Virus record (IMG/VR): IMGVR_UViG_3300045974_000132
Coordinates: 222,394-286,393 of that record
DNA length: 64,000 nucleotides
Strand: one strand, 5' to 3'
Under the pieces are notes generated by a model, which was not told the DNA's origin, searched no databases, and was given only the letters and a program-made list of their open reading frames with translations. The position numbers were made by a program, and so were the translations under genes. Every line of letters begins with the position of its first letter. Position 1 is the stretch's first letter. This document shows positions 9,495 to 19,049 of the stretch, piece after piece.

Positions 9495-9961
9495 TGAGTT
9501 TAGACTTTAAGGAAGTTCTTGATCTTCGCATAGCTGTGCAAGAAAAGATTAAGAATGATCCAGAGGTATCTTCGGAAGCTTTAATTCGGGACGCTATTAT
9601 CTGTAGTAATACGGCTCTTGCAGGCAGTACGCCTAGATCCTGTTTGATTGAAGCGATTGCTTTACTAACAGTGGCTGTAGACCTTAATGATTATGAAAGG
9701 CATACTCCTCACCATAAGATTAAAGCTTTACTAGTCAATGGTACTAAGCACGGTGAGATTGTTGAAGTCTCCCCTGAAATAAGTATGCACCTTGCTGATG
9801 ATAGTAAAGAAATCTATACTCGACATAGCCATACTGAAAAGGATGGTCACTACTATCTAGTACTGGTGTTGGAACTGTCTTTAGTCTCTGTGCATCTGAT
9901 AAGTATAGAAGAAAACATTGCACATGCTAAATCTAAAATGAAGTTAGGAGTATCTGCATGA
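9494..9961 (+). CDS. hypothetical protein
   Basis: Coupled start and stop codons. Confidence 0.7.
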   Translation: MSLDFKEVLDLRIAVQEKIKNDPEVSSEALIRDAIICSNTALAGSTPRSCLIEAIALLTVAVDLNDYERHTPHHKIKALLVNGTKHGEIVEVSPEISMHLADDSKEIYTRHSHTEKDGHYYLVLVLELSLVSVHLISIEENIAHAKSKMKLGVSA

Positions 9962-10713
9962 AACTACTATTAGTCGGTGGGTCTTGTCATGGCTCCACCC
10001 ATGATGTTGCATCCCCTTATTCTGCTTTTTATGCACTTAAGGGCTGTGCTTACAAAGTTACTCCTGAAACGATCACTGTAGAAGAACGTAAGCAGAAAGT
10101 AACCGTTGCTATCTATGAAGGTTGCAGCGACCTTGAAACTTGGGAATTATCTGAGCGCATACTAAATGCTATTCACCTGTATGCTGCTAAGGCTGTAGAA
10201 CAGATAGGTGAGGAAGGCGTACAAAGTGTTAAGTGTGTACCCGGTCTTTCTGGACCCAATATTCCAAATATCGTCGGTGAAGCTGCTGACAAGGTACCCG
10301 GTGCAGACAAACGTACTGTTGCTGGCGTAGTAGGCCGCTTGCTAGAAGAAGCTGTTGAACTAGCTCTTGAAGCAGGACTTCCTACAGGTGAGATATATGC
10401 ACATGTTACAGACAGTATCTATAATCAGTATGTCAAAGCTTCAAAAGTAACAGGTAGTATCATCTACCCTTCTACTAAGCTTGACGATGATCCTTGGGCG
10501 TTCCGAGCAGAAGTCGCGGGTGAAATAGGTGACGTTGCTGTGATGCTTATGGATGTAGCACACCGTGCCGGAATTGACTATGAAGCAGCACGCCAAGCAA
10601 AGATACAGTCCTTCATTACTAAGGTAGACGAGGGCAAGTTCTATGCCAATGATAAAGGCTTGCTGTACGTTCGTAAACCGCACATGGATTTTAAGAACAA
10701 TGGAACTGAATAG
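9958..10713 (+). CDS. MazG-like (all-alpha NTP pyrophosphatase) domain protein
   Basis: RLLEEAVELAL and EVAGEIGDVAVML motifs in the C-terminal half. Confidence 0.7.
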   Translation: MKLLLVGGSCHGSTHDVASPYSAFYALKGCAYKVTPETITVEERKQKVTVAIYEGCSDLETWELSERILNAIHLYAAKAVEQIGEEGVQSVKCVPGLSGPNIPNIVGEAADKVPGADKRTVAGVVGRLLEEAVELALEAGLPTGEIYAHVTDSIYNQYVKASKVTGSIIYPSTKLDDDPWAFRAEVAGEIGDVAVMLMDVAHRAGIDYEAARQAKIQSFITKVDEGKFYANDKGLLYVRKPHMDFKNNGTE

Positions 10714-10909
10714 CAACCTACAAGAAATTGTTGAACACCATGTTCACGTAGATAGAGAAGGTGTCATTCATAAGTGCTACCACCAATGTCGCAGACTAAT
10801 GACTGACCCTTCTTTTTGGGTAGGCTTAACTATAGGTTTTCCTTTTGAACATCTGCTTTGGGAAAAGGTATGGCCCTTTAAACTGCTTACTGCTTTAATG
10901 GGCCTATAA
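10700..10909 (+). CDS. small hypothetical protein
   Basis: Likely start MELNSNLQ at 10700. Confidence 0.6.
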   Translation: MELNSNLQEIVEHHVHVDREGVIHKCYHQCRRLMTDPSFWVGLTIGFPFEHLLWEKVWPFKLLTALMGL

Positions 10910-10920
10910 GTGTAAAAGAC

Positions 10921-11421
10921 ATGAATAAAGAATCTCAGAAGGTGAATGTGCAAGAGTTAATGAAGCAGGTAGATGCTTCTATTGCAGCCTCTAAAGTATT
11001 TGACTATAAAGGCTTAGCTGATGGTGTTACAAAGGCTACTTTCAATTTTTTTGCCGACTTAAGGGATCGAGGTGTTATCACCTCTTTTGCCGTTTCTGAT
11101 GCAAAAGTAGTACGTCACACTTGGACAACATTGTATCCTAATTTGCTAAAGCGCCTTCTAGCTTGGATTGCTTATGACTTAGGCTTAGGCGATGAAACAA
11201 CACCTAGGTGGTATCATCGTGTTCTACCTTACACTGTTATTAAAGCTATCGTAGTAAATCAAGAATACTTCGATACTGATACACCTAAAGAAGAAGTGTA
11301 TTGGTATATTAATGAAATATATGAGGCTACGATTAAGTATCCTCATGAAACAATCTGTCAAGACATAGCGGTAGCTCCTGTAACTCCTATAGAGCGTATC
11401 TGCATAACACTTAAAGCTTAG
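10921..11421 (+). CDS. hypothetical protein paralogous to the DHH C-terminal domain; weakly sheath C-terminal-like
   Basis: RLLAWIAYDLGL..RWYHRVLPY..YEATI matches RILLFIANTLNL..RWYHHILPY..YEATL in 5400..6782. Confidence 0.7.
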   Translation: MNKESQKVNVQELMKQVDASIAASKVFDYKGLADGVTKATFNFFADLRDRGVITSFAVSDAKVVRHTWTTLYPNLLKRLLAWIAYDLGLGDETTPRWYHRVLPYTVIKAIVVNQEYFDTDTPKEEVYWYINEIYEATIKYPHETICQDIAVAPVTPIERICITLKA

Positions 11422-11432
11422 GGCATAACATA

Positions 11433-12548
11433 ATGGAATCCACTTCACTAGCAGTCAAGTATCGTCCTAAGACTCTAAATGGGCTGATAGGACAAGACCA
11501 TATTATCTCTGCTGTTACAGGCATGCTGAAGACTAAGAAAATGCCTTCTGCTATCATGTTGTATGGTCCAACAGGTTTGGGTAAGACAACTACTGCCCGC
11601 ATCATTGTTCGCTACTTGAACTGTGCAAACCCAAATCCTGAAACATATGCTCCTTGCGGCGAATGTCAAAGCTGCAAGATGAAAGAACACCCAGACGTTA
11701 TGGAACTCAACGCTGCTGACTCTCGCGGTATTGATGACGTTCGTAATCTTATCAACTTGGCTAAGAACATGCCTACGTTTGGTAAGAAACGTTTTATGAT
11801 TATCGACGAAGCACAGCAGCTTCCTACTTTGTCACAACAAGCTTTGCTGAAACCTATCGAGGAGCCACCTAAAGATACAATCTGGATCATTTGTACGATG
11901 ACTCCAGAGAAGATGCTTCCTGCTATTGCAAAGCGTTGTACTAGATTGCAAGTTAAGCCTGTTGAGGCGCAAGTATTGGTGAAGCGCCTTTGGCAAATCG
12001 GCAAGCGTGAAGGTGTAGATTTTAAAACAATTGAAAACGGTACTAAGGTACTTAAAACAATTGCTGATTTCTCTAACGGTGGGGTACGTGATGCTATCTC
12101 TGCTTTAGAACCTATTATCTATGCTGTACAGAGCGGAGAAAATGTAGATCCTAATACCGTATTATCTAACTTCCTCGCAAGCCCTGAAGCGGAACTAGAT
12201 AAGCAAGCTGTGAATGTCCTTATCGCTGTATTCAAGAATGATCTGAAACTTTTGTTAGAACAAACGCAGGTGTCAGATAATATTCGAGGCATTCTTAATA
12301 AGCTTCGCTGGTTGATCGACTACCTTCTGTCTAACAGTATAGGTAAAGCAAAGTTCATTCCTTATAGCGGGCGTCTATTTGCTAAAGAGTCTAAAGCTTA
12401 CAGTATAAAGGTAACACTTGCTACCCTTATCAGCCTTCAGAGTCTTCTGGTAGATATTGAAGTTCGCTTAAATAGCTTCAGCCTTGAGGAGCGCGTTGTC
12501 TTTACTGCGATGGTAGGAGAACTCATTAATAACAGGGCTTCAAAATGA
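11433..12548 (+). CDS. dnaX: clamp loader ATPase, DNA polymerase III gamma/tau-like
   Basis: LAVKYRP, IGQDH, Walker A GPTGLGKTT, Zn module LNC..PCGECQSC, ELNAADSRGIDDVR, IIDEAQQL, ALLKPIEEPP, KRC (SRC variant) and GGVRDAIS. Confidence 0.93.
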   Translation: MESTSLAVKYRPKTLNGLIGQDHIISAVTGMLKTKKMPSAIMLYGPTGLGKTTTARIIVRYLNCANPNPETYAPCGECQSCKMKEHPDVMELNAADSRGIDDVRNLINLAKNMPTFGKKRFMIIDEAQQLPTLSQQALLKPIEEPPKDTIWIICTMTPEKMLPAIAKRCTRLQVKPVEAQVLVKRLWQIGKREGVDFKTIENGTKVLKTIADFSNGGVRDAISALEPIIYAVQSGENVDPNTVLSNFLASPEAELDKQAVNVLIAVFKNDLKLLLEQTQVSDNIRGILNKLRWLIDYLLSNSIGKAKFIPYSGRLFAKESKAYSIKVTLATLISLQSLLVDIEVRLNSFSLEERVVFTAMVGELINNRASK

Positions 12549-12763
12549 AGTATGTCTTAATCCTATTTATCTTTCTGGCCGGATGCGCTAATGAAGACTG
12601 GCAAGAAACACGTAAAAATAATCTTGATAAGGTGAAAGCGTCGTGTGCTAGTTCTGGTGGACAACTAACTATCACTTATGAAGTATCGACCTTTACTTCA
12701 TCTATTCGTGTTACCTGTTCCTATCCTTCACAGCTTGACCCTAACTTGGACTTACAACAATGA
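12545..12763 (+). CDS. small lipoprotein
   Basis: Signal peptide with LAGC lipobox. Confidence 0.7.
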   Translation: MKYVLILFIFLAGCANEDWQETRKNNLDKVKASCASSGGQLTITYEVSTFTSSIRVTCSYPSQLDPNLDLQQ

Positions 12764-13242
12764 AACATCTTACACAAACTCAACTGGTCAATCGAATCTC
12801 TGCTCTAATCAAAGGTCAGCTTGCTTCAGATTGTGTTAATGCACTACTGATGAATGCTACCAGTATCTTTGAGAACTGTGGTCACAACCTGCTCAAGATT
12901 TCTATTGCTGGCACTATGACGACCCTAACAGGCCGTTTGACTCAGCACCTTGTAACTGAAAAAGCTTTTTCTCTCAATGCTGAACTGCAACAATTGCTGG
13001 AAGACATTGTAGAGAATGGGCCGATCAATACTGTTGGCCATCCTGTCGATTCTGACAACTTGGTGAAAGCAGGTTTGCTTGTGCGTATCGTTAATCAAGG
13101 TATGCCGACATTCATTGCTGCTACGCCTAATGGTCTTGCTCTATACCTTAGTTGGTATAGTGTATCTACTATTGAAGAAGCTAAGGCTAAGAAAGCAGCG
13201 CCTACAGAAAATCCGCTTCAGCCTAGCTTGGTTGAGAGTTAA
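12760..13242 (+). CDS. hypothetical protein
   Basis: ATGA coupling. Confidence 0.7.
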   Translation: MKHLTQTQLVNRISALIKGQLASDCVNALLMNATSIFENCGHNLLKISIAGTMTTLTGRLTQHLVTEKAFSLNAELQQLLEDIVENGPINTVGHPVDSDNLVKAGLLVRIVNQGMPTFIAATPNGLALYLSWYSVSTIEEAKAKKAAPTENPLQPSLVES

Positions 13243-13244
13243 AC

Positions 13245-13667
13245 ATGTTTTCAGAACAGTTCCTTAAAGAACTTAGGCATGCTATAGCCAGTGTAAGAAC
13301 TTCTAGGTTTTCTGTTCCTATTAGTGTCCAACTACTCGCAAACATGCGAAGGTCTATCACTGATAAAAATATACCTGTTACGCATATCGTATGCGGTTCA
13401 GATGTATGGCCTATACTGTCTTCAGATGACACACTGCGTGCCCTGATTATACCTACTGAAAACATAGAGCAGGTTAATATAGGCTTCGTTGCAACAGTCT
13501 TTGCGCTACCCATAATCTGCGAAGGTGCGCTACCTAAGCTTAAACGATTTTTAAAGCCGAATACTCTTGCTGTTGCAGCCCTGGATACTACACATAAGAA
13601 TACTTGGCATACTAAATTTCCAGAGCTTAGTGTCTTAGATGCAGTAGCCTCTTCTATCAGCCGTTAA
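13245..13667 (+). CDS. capsid-domain-like paralog 1
   Basis: PISVQLLANMRRSITDKNIPVTHIVCG, shared with 13719 and 43156. Confidence 0.6.
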   Translation: MFSEQFLKELRHAIASVRTSRFSVPISVQLLANMRRSITDKNIPVTHIVCGSDVWPILSSDDTLRALIIPTENIEQVNIGFVATVFALPIICEGALPKLKRFLKPNTLAVAALDTTHKNTWHTKFPELSVLDAVASSISR

Positions 13668-13718
13668 TTAAAAACTTCTGTTTAATGTTCTTCAATCAAC
13701 TGAGTTTAAGGATGTATA

Positions 13719-14312
13719 ATGAATAAACAAGCATTGGAAACCTTAGAAGCACTGCATAAAGATATGGGTAAACAGATAGAAACTTTGCTGCAGGATATTA
13801 AGCGTTCTGTTCCTCTTTCACCCGAACTAAAAGAGTTCCTTACTGAGTGGGCCGCTGGTCGTACACCTGTAGCCCCGATTGATGACCAGCCCCCTACTTA
13901 CTCAAAAGAATTTCTTTTGCAAGTTCGTGAGTTGGCTTTGCATGAGTCTTCAGAGGTGCGCTTTATTACACCTATTAGTGCGGGTCTTATTTCCAACATG
14001 CGTAGCTCCATCAGCAAGGGTTGCTCTTTCACACCTACGCACATACTAGCAGGCAATGACTTTTTTAAGTTGATGTTTTCAGAATACACTTTAAGCAAAC
14101 TGTTCGATCCGATTACTCGTTATACCGATGTTATATCTGGTTACTTGGGTACTCTGATTGGTCTAGATGTTCTCATTGACTCTTACGACTCTCCGGAGAA
14201 ACGAATTCTTCCCAATGGGTTTTTAGCAGTTGTTTCTATAGAAACTTATAAGAACGATGACGGTTCTATCTACCTTAAAATGCACCGCTGCGTTAATGCG
14301 TTAATCTCATAA
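13719..14312 (+). CDS. capsid-domain-like paralog 2
   Basis: NMRSSI..THILAG..LFDPITRYTDVISGYLGTLIGLDVLIDSYDSPEKRILP. Confidence 0.6.
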   Translation: MNKQALETLEALHKDMGKQIETLLQDIKRSVPLSPELKEFLTEWAAGRTPVAPIDDQPPTYSKEFLLQVRELALHESSEVRFITPISAGLISNMRSSISKGCSFTPTHILAGNDFFKLMFSEYTLSKLFDPITRYTDVISGYLGTLIGLDVLIDSYDSPEKRILPNGFLAVVSIETYKNDDGSIYLKMHRCVNALIS

Positions 14313-14334
14313 TTAAAAGCTACAAGGTTGGAAT

Positions 14335-16713
14335 ATGCTTACCATCAGCGGATTAGACTTGAACGACGTTATCTCCTTCAAGAAAGTATCTGTAGACTTT
14401 AAAGAAGGCCTTACATATGTTCGAGGTATTAACAAAGACTCTGATCTAGCTCGCCCTACAGGTAACGGTACAGGTAAGTCATTGTTCTTCTCTGCAATAC
14501 CTAATGTTGTCTATGCTGCACCTCCTCTTGCTTTACGTAAGAAGTCGCGTAAAGACTTGCTTGGGCGTAAGGGTAGTAACATCGGATTTATTCTTAGACC
14601 TAGTGCAGATAGTCCTGAGTATGAGATTATTCAGACAGGCAGCAAATACACAATCTTTGAAGATGGAAAAGACTTAGAGGTAAATACAATTCCTCGATCT
14701 GAAGCTTTCATCAAGAAGCTATTCCCTATTTCTGAGATTGACTTCTACAGTAGGTGCTATGTATCAACACAGAAGCCCTACGCTTTACTGCGTGATTCTG
14801 ATTCCGATCGGCTTCAGCATATAATTGATATTGCTCTCCTAGATCAGTATAGCGACCTGCAAAAGTTCTTCTCCTTGAAAGCAAGTGCAATTAAGGATAA
14901 TGAAATTAGGCTGTCAGTGCTGGAGCAGCAACTAGCAGGTGTTAAGAAGAAACTTCGTGAGTCTAAGTCTGACATTACGAAGGTAGAGTATCGCAAGTTG
15001 AAGACCCAGTATGATGGGTATGCTGAGAAAATTGAAAAGCTCCAATCTAATAAGTTTAAGCTACTCACCCAACAACAAGCTCTCCAGTCATTGCTTACTG
15101 TCGAGAAAGAGTTGGACGAACTTCGTAGCAAATACACCTTTAAAGCACCGCCTTCTAAACAGTTGAAAGCTTTACGTGCAGATAAAGATGCAGCTAGTGA
15201 ATGGGAAACTTATGTTGCAGAAGTAGCTAAGGCTTCTAAGTCCCAGCAACGCTTACGCCTTGCAATAAAGAAGATTGAAAAATCTCTGCCGGAAGAGGCT
15301 ACCGAGGGCTTGAGCAAACGTGCTAAGACCTTGAACAAAGAATTGAATACCGTGACTTCCGAAATTGCTAAAATGGAAGGCATTGAAACGCAAGTTGAAG
15401 AACTGCGTGAGGAACAAACAAGCTTACAAGAAGAGTTCGATGGGCTTGAAGTAGATGAAAGTAAAGTAGTCCTTGAGAAGGACTACGGTGAGTTTATTGC
15501 TGAGGCAAAGATTCGTCTAAAGTTGGAGGCTTTGTTAGAGCATGAAGATAGCCATGCTTCATCCGGGACTTGCCCTACTTGCCAAGCTGAGATTGACTAT
15601 GACGCCATTCGGAGTATTGTTAGAGGTGAACGTAAGGCTTTAAACATTGCTGTAAAGAACAAGAAGGCTCAGCAATGTTTAATCGCTCTTAAGGATGTTA
15701 AACGGAAACTTGCAAAGCTTTCCTTTGATGCCCCTGAACTTAAAGCACTCCGCACTAAAAAGAAGCAACTCGCAAAGGATGTTGAGACCGTTGAAGAGAA
15801 CTTGGATAAGTTTGAGGAGTTGTCTTCCCTTCGCAATCAACTACGCGCAATTGAAATACCGGTTGAACCCGAGTGCGAGAAGCCTGCCCTAGATTTATCC
15901 GATATTGAAGAGGGCATTGATCTTTGCCATGAGATTGAAAAACATCTAAAGGCTAAGGCTGCAATCATTGAAAATCATTCCGACTTTGAATCCTTTCGTA
16001 GTGCCAAGGCTGTTTCTACGGAGAATACAAAGGTAGGAGAACAGATAGCAAAGATTTCCAAGGAGATACGTACCCTAGAATCTGCTCAGGCTGACTGTGC
16101 CGGTAAGGTTTCTTCCTATGAGCAATATGCCAATACTGTAAAAATATATCAAGGGGAGCAAGAAACTACCCAAGCTGAGATTGATAAGCTCCGTCCTTCC
16201 GTGGATGATAAGAAGCTAGTTACAATCCTTAGCAAAGCTTACGGCACTAAAGGCTTGCGGGCTTATGCTGCAAATGCCTTTTGCAACCTCTTGCAAACCA
16301 ACTTAAATCACTATCGGGATTTGATCTTTGCAGAGCCCTTTGAATTTAGTGTAGAGGCATCGGATTCGGGCGTTTCTATAATGGTTGATCGTAATAACGG
16401 TAAGCCGGATGCTGTATCAGATGTACGCCATTTATCGGGTGCAGAGTCTGAGTGTTTTGCTCTGCTTTGCGCTGCCTCACTGATAACACTGACGCCTGAT
16501 AGTCGCAAGTTAAATATGATCGTGCTGGATGAGCCTACCTCACACATGCACCAAGTTACACGGGAACTTTTTAATCAGAAGTTCGTACCGTTTCTACGTG
16601 AGCTAGTTCCTTCTATCTTTATTATTACACCGCACGACGATGACTGTAGCCCCAATAGTGCTGAATGGGTCGTCGAAAAGAGCAAAGGTGTATCACGACT
16701 AATTCAAATGTGA
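14335..16713 (+). CDS. SbcC/Rad50-like (gp46-type) recombination ATPase
   Basis: Walker A NGTGKS, long coiled coil with CPTC zinc hook, signature LSGAE, Walker B VLDEPT and H-loop ITPH. Confidence 0.93.
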   Translation: MLTISGLDLNDVISFKKVSVDFKEGLTYVRGINKDSDLARPTGNGTGKSLFFSAIPNVVYAAPPLALRKKSRKDLLGRKGSNIGFILRPSADSPEYEIIQTGSKYTIFEDGKDLEVNTIPRSEAFIKKLFPISEIDFYSRCYVSTQKPYALLRDSDSDRLQHIIDIALLDQYSDLQKFFSLKASAIKDNEIRLSVLEQQLAGVKKKLRESKSDITKVEYRKLKTQYDGYAEKIEKLQSNKFKLLTQQQALQSLLTVEKELDELRSKYTFKAPPSKQLKALRADKDAASEWETYVAEVAKASKSQQRLRLAIKKIEKSLPEEATEGLSKRAKTLNKELNTVTSEIAKMEGIETQVEELREEQTSLQEEFDGLEVDESKVVLEKDYGEFIAEAKIRLKLEALLEHEDSHASSGTCPTCQAEIDYDAIRSIVRGERKALNIAVKNKKAQQCLIALKDVKRKLAKLSFDAPELKALRTKKKQLAKDVETVEENLDKFEELSSLRNQLRAIEIPVEPECEKPALDLSDIEEGIDLCHEIEKHLKAKAAIIENHSDFESFRSAKAVSTENTKVGEQIAKISKEIRTLESAQADCAGKVSSYEQYANTVKIYQGEQETTQAEIDKLRPSVDDKKLVTILSKAYGTKGLRAYAANAFCNLLQTNLNHYRDLIFAEPFEFSVEASDSGVSIMVDRNNGKPDAVSDVRHLSGAESECFALLCAASLITLTPDSRKLNMIVLDEPTSHMHQVTRELFNQKFVPFLRELVPSIFIITPHDDDCSPNSAEWVVEKSKGVSRLIQM

Positions 16714-16720
16714 GAATCAA

Positions 16721-17545
16721 ATGGTCAGAGTATTCGGTGTTGCAAATCATTCGCCTGAAGCAGTAATCCGCGCCTTAATTAAATTCAAACGTGCGGGAAC
16801 TCCTGATATAGGTATTCTACCTGTTCAGAATATTCTGTCAATTAAGAAGCCCGTTAAGCACACCTTTCTTTTGTTCTTGACGGTAGCTGACTTGATGCGT
16901 AATTTGGAGGTATTAAATTCTCCTAAGTACGAAGGCTGTAGTGCTATTGTATTTGCCAATCCTATGAAGCTACATGAATTGGTAGGATTGCAACCCTTAG
17001 ACTTTGCACCTAATCCTGAGTTTAAAGGCTTCGGCTTTACTCTAAGAACTCTCGATATGAATAAGATTCGCACCTTCAAAGGTAGTGAGACTATTGAACG
17101 GCGTTCTGGTAAGTATCTTGCGAAGCTTGTTGAACATGTTCAGCAGGGTAGCTTACTAAATCCGTTTATGACTTTCATCTATACTCTACCTTCAGTAATG
17201 CAAGGGCCAACTAAGACAGCCGTACTTCGCTGGCTGTTTACTGGAAAGTCGGATACATATCTTACTAAAGCTCTTGACGGTATTGAGCAAGGGACAGTTA
17301 CTGCGCGTGTTCGGACTAAGTTGAAAGACATACTTCTAACGGAAGTTGGTCGTTCTTTCCAAGTGGCTTTTAAAGCCTACAGGGAATCCAAGAAAGCAGG
17401 GAGCGTTAATATAACAAAACTGGCTAAAGCCCATAGCGTGTCTGACTACGAAATGCGTTACATCCTTTCTGTTATTGAGAATGTTAAACGCTCTGATCTG
17501 TATGTGGACAGCTTCGATAAAGCCAAGAACAGAAAGCGAGCCTAA
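16721..17545 (+). CDS. hypothetical protein
   Basis: 274 aa ORF directly after the Rad50-like gene. Confidence 0.8.
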   Translation: MVRVFGVANHSPEAVIRALIKFKRAGTPDIGILPVQNILSIKKPVKHTFLLFLTVADLMRNLEVLNSPKYEGCSAIVFANPMKLHELVGLQPLDFAPNPEFKGFGFTLRTLDMNKIRTFKGSETIERRSGKYLAKLVEHVQQGSLLNPFMTFIYTLPSVMQGPTKTAVLRWLFTGKSDTYLTKALDGIEQGTVTARVRTKLKDILLTEVGRSFQVAFKAYRESKKAGSVNITKLAKAHSVSDYEMRYILSVIENVKRSDLYVDSFDKAKNRKRA

Positions 17546-17547
17546 TC

Positions 17548-17991
17548 ATGTCCTCAGATGACACTGAGGTTTCCAGAATTCTGATAAATCTAGGTGGTGA
17601 ATTTTCGCTAGGTGACGGACGGGTTGGTACAGTGGTAAGTTCCCCCGAATTGTCTGAGCTTAATTCATTCCTGGGTGTCCTTAAGGAATCACTGGAACCG
17701 ACAAACGGTTTTGAAACGTTATTTGCAAAACTCGGTAAGAAGTTTCGTAAGCAAAAAGGAAGTATTCTTGAGATTCGGACTACTTCGGATGGGAAAGAAC
17801 TCACCCATTCATTCAGTCTGTCTAATCAGGAAAATTTGACTTATGAAGAAACGGATGAATTGCTGACAAAAGCAGGGTGGTCTTTAGACTGCTGGCATCC
17901 GTTGGAAATCAGTTGTGCTGAAGGGACGGGATCAGTAGCTACAGGGCACGCAGCTAAACTCCTAATTAAACACCTTCAGCAAACCCTATGA
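17548..17991 (+). CDS. hypothetical protein
   Basis: Last ORF before the sigma70 promoter. Confidence 0.7.
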   Translation: MSSDDTEVSRILINLGGEFSLGDGRVGTVVSSPELSELNSFLGVLKESLEPTNGFETLFAKLGKKFRKQKGSILEIRTTSDGKELTHSFSLSNQENLTYEETDELLTKAGWSLDCWHPLEISCAEGTGSVATGHAAKLLIKHLQQTL

Positions 17992-18036
17992 CAATCGTAT
18001 TGCTAGAGGGTCTGAAAACTACGCAAAATCGAGGGC

Positions 18037-18065
18037 TTGACAAAGTTCTTGATTTATGCTATAAT
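18037..18065 (+). promoter_or_regulatory. consensus sigma70 early promoter
   Basis: TTGACA (18037-42), 17 bp spacer, TATAAT (18060-65) with extended -10 TG. Confidence 0.92.
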
Positions 18066-18161
18066 ACGTATACGCGCGAAGCTGTGCGCGAAGAATGATT
18101 ATTGAATACTGCTCGAATGAGTATGAGCGTGTTTTGTCGAACCTGTACGACGGAGCCAAAA

Positions 18162-18539
18162 ATGCAAGCCCAAGTCCAAAGCCTGATTAGTACCGTGAAC
18201 CTTTCCTCAATCGTTCCCGAAGAAGATTGCACCCTCTGCACTCTTGTAAGCCTGCTCAAGCAGGTTGAACTGTCTGACGAAGTAGATCAAGCCGAAATCT
18301 TTGAAGAGGACGGCTGCCGCTACCTTACGAACGGCCAGTTCGATGAAATCCCTCCTTTGATTCAACGCATTCTTTCTCTTGCAGATGACCTCCTCATTAC
18401 GAGTGACGGTGGTTGCAACTATGCTTCCCATAGCTACCTTCGTGGCTTTGGCTTTAACGTCACGCCTGGTGAGAAAGATTCGTTCGGGTGGCTCACAGGT
18501 TGTATTCATACAAAGAAGGGTATCATCGTTTACGGCTAA
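18162..18539 (+). CDS. early hypothetical protein
   Basis: GGAG RBS before ATG 18162. C-terminus GEKDSFGWLTGCI. Confidence 0.75.
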   Translation: MQAQVQSLISTVNLSSIVPEEDCTLCTLVSLLKQVELSDEVDQAEIFEEDGCRYLTNGQFDEIPPLIQRILSLADDLLITSDGGCNYASHSYLRGFGFNVTPGEKDSFGWLTGCIHTKKGIIVYG

Positions 18540-18567
18540 GCATAAACCTGTTTAGCCCATTTTATTT
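18534..18567 (+). terminator. hairpin followed by a T-rich tract (possible weak terminator or processing site)
   Basis: GGCTAAGCA-6 nt-TGTTTAGCC, then CATTTTATTT. Confidence 0.45.
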
Positions 18568-18584
18568 ATACGTCGAGGTCAATC

Positions 18585-18887
18585 ATGGCTACCTTAAAGC
18601 AATTGCGTGAGTTATCCGCAAAAGCTCTTGCAAAGCATCACAGTTATGAGCGCCGTATTAAAGCGCTCCTTGAAAAACGAAAAGAAACATGCCCTCACAT
18701 CAAGACGCGCGTTGTTCGCCAAGACTATATGGAAGAAGGGCGTATGCGATCTCCTATAGAATGGGAAGAGCTTTTATGTTGTCGGTGTAAGAAGGTCCTT
18801 GCTACGCGCGGTGACAATGTAGTAAAAAGCGAATGGCAAGCTAAAGAAGGTATCAATCTTGAAGCCGTTCTAGTAAAGGGGACTTAG
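18585..18887 (+). CDS. early hypothetical protein (Cys motifs)
   Basis: GAGG RBS, CPH and CCRC. Confidence 0.75.
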   Translation: MATLKQLRELSAKALAKHHSYERRIKALLEKRKETCPHIKTRVVRQDYMEEGRMRSPIEWEELLCCRCKKVLATRGDNVVKSEWQAKEGINLEAVLVKGT

Positions 18888-18893
18888 CAAATT

Positions 18894-19040
18894 ATGAATA
18901 GTTTTTTGCGGTATCTTGTGTTGTACATCCTGTTAGCTGTGTATGGTGTTTACATAGGGGCTGAGATTTCTACTCTGATCCTCTCTTCCGTTGCACTAAC
19001 AATTTTAATGGGTATGGCTCCTTCGAGCTTATCTATCTAG
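18894..19040 (+). CDS. small membrane protein (48 aa, not in ORF track)
   Basis: MNSFLRYLVLYILLAVYGVYIGAEISTLILSSVALTILMGMAPSSLSI fills the gap. Confidence 0.65.
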   Translation: MNSFLRYLVLYILLAVYGVYIGAEISTLILSSVALTILMGMAPSSLSI

Positions 19041-19049
19041 GGAGCAGTA

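Noticed and set aside
11433-12548. Programmed -1 frameshift as in E. coli dnaX
   Set aside because: The gene is already gamma-sized, no A AAA AAG site was seen, and no tau extension follows.
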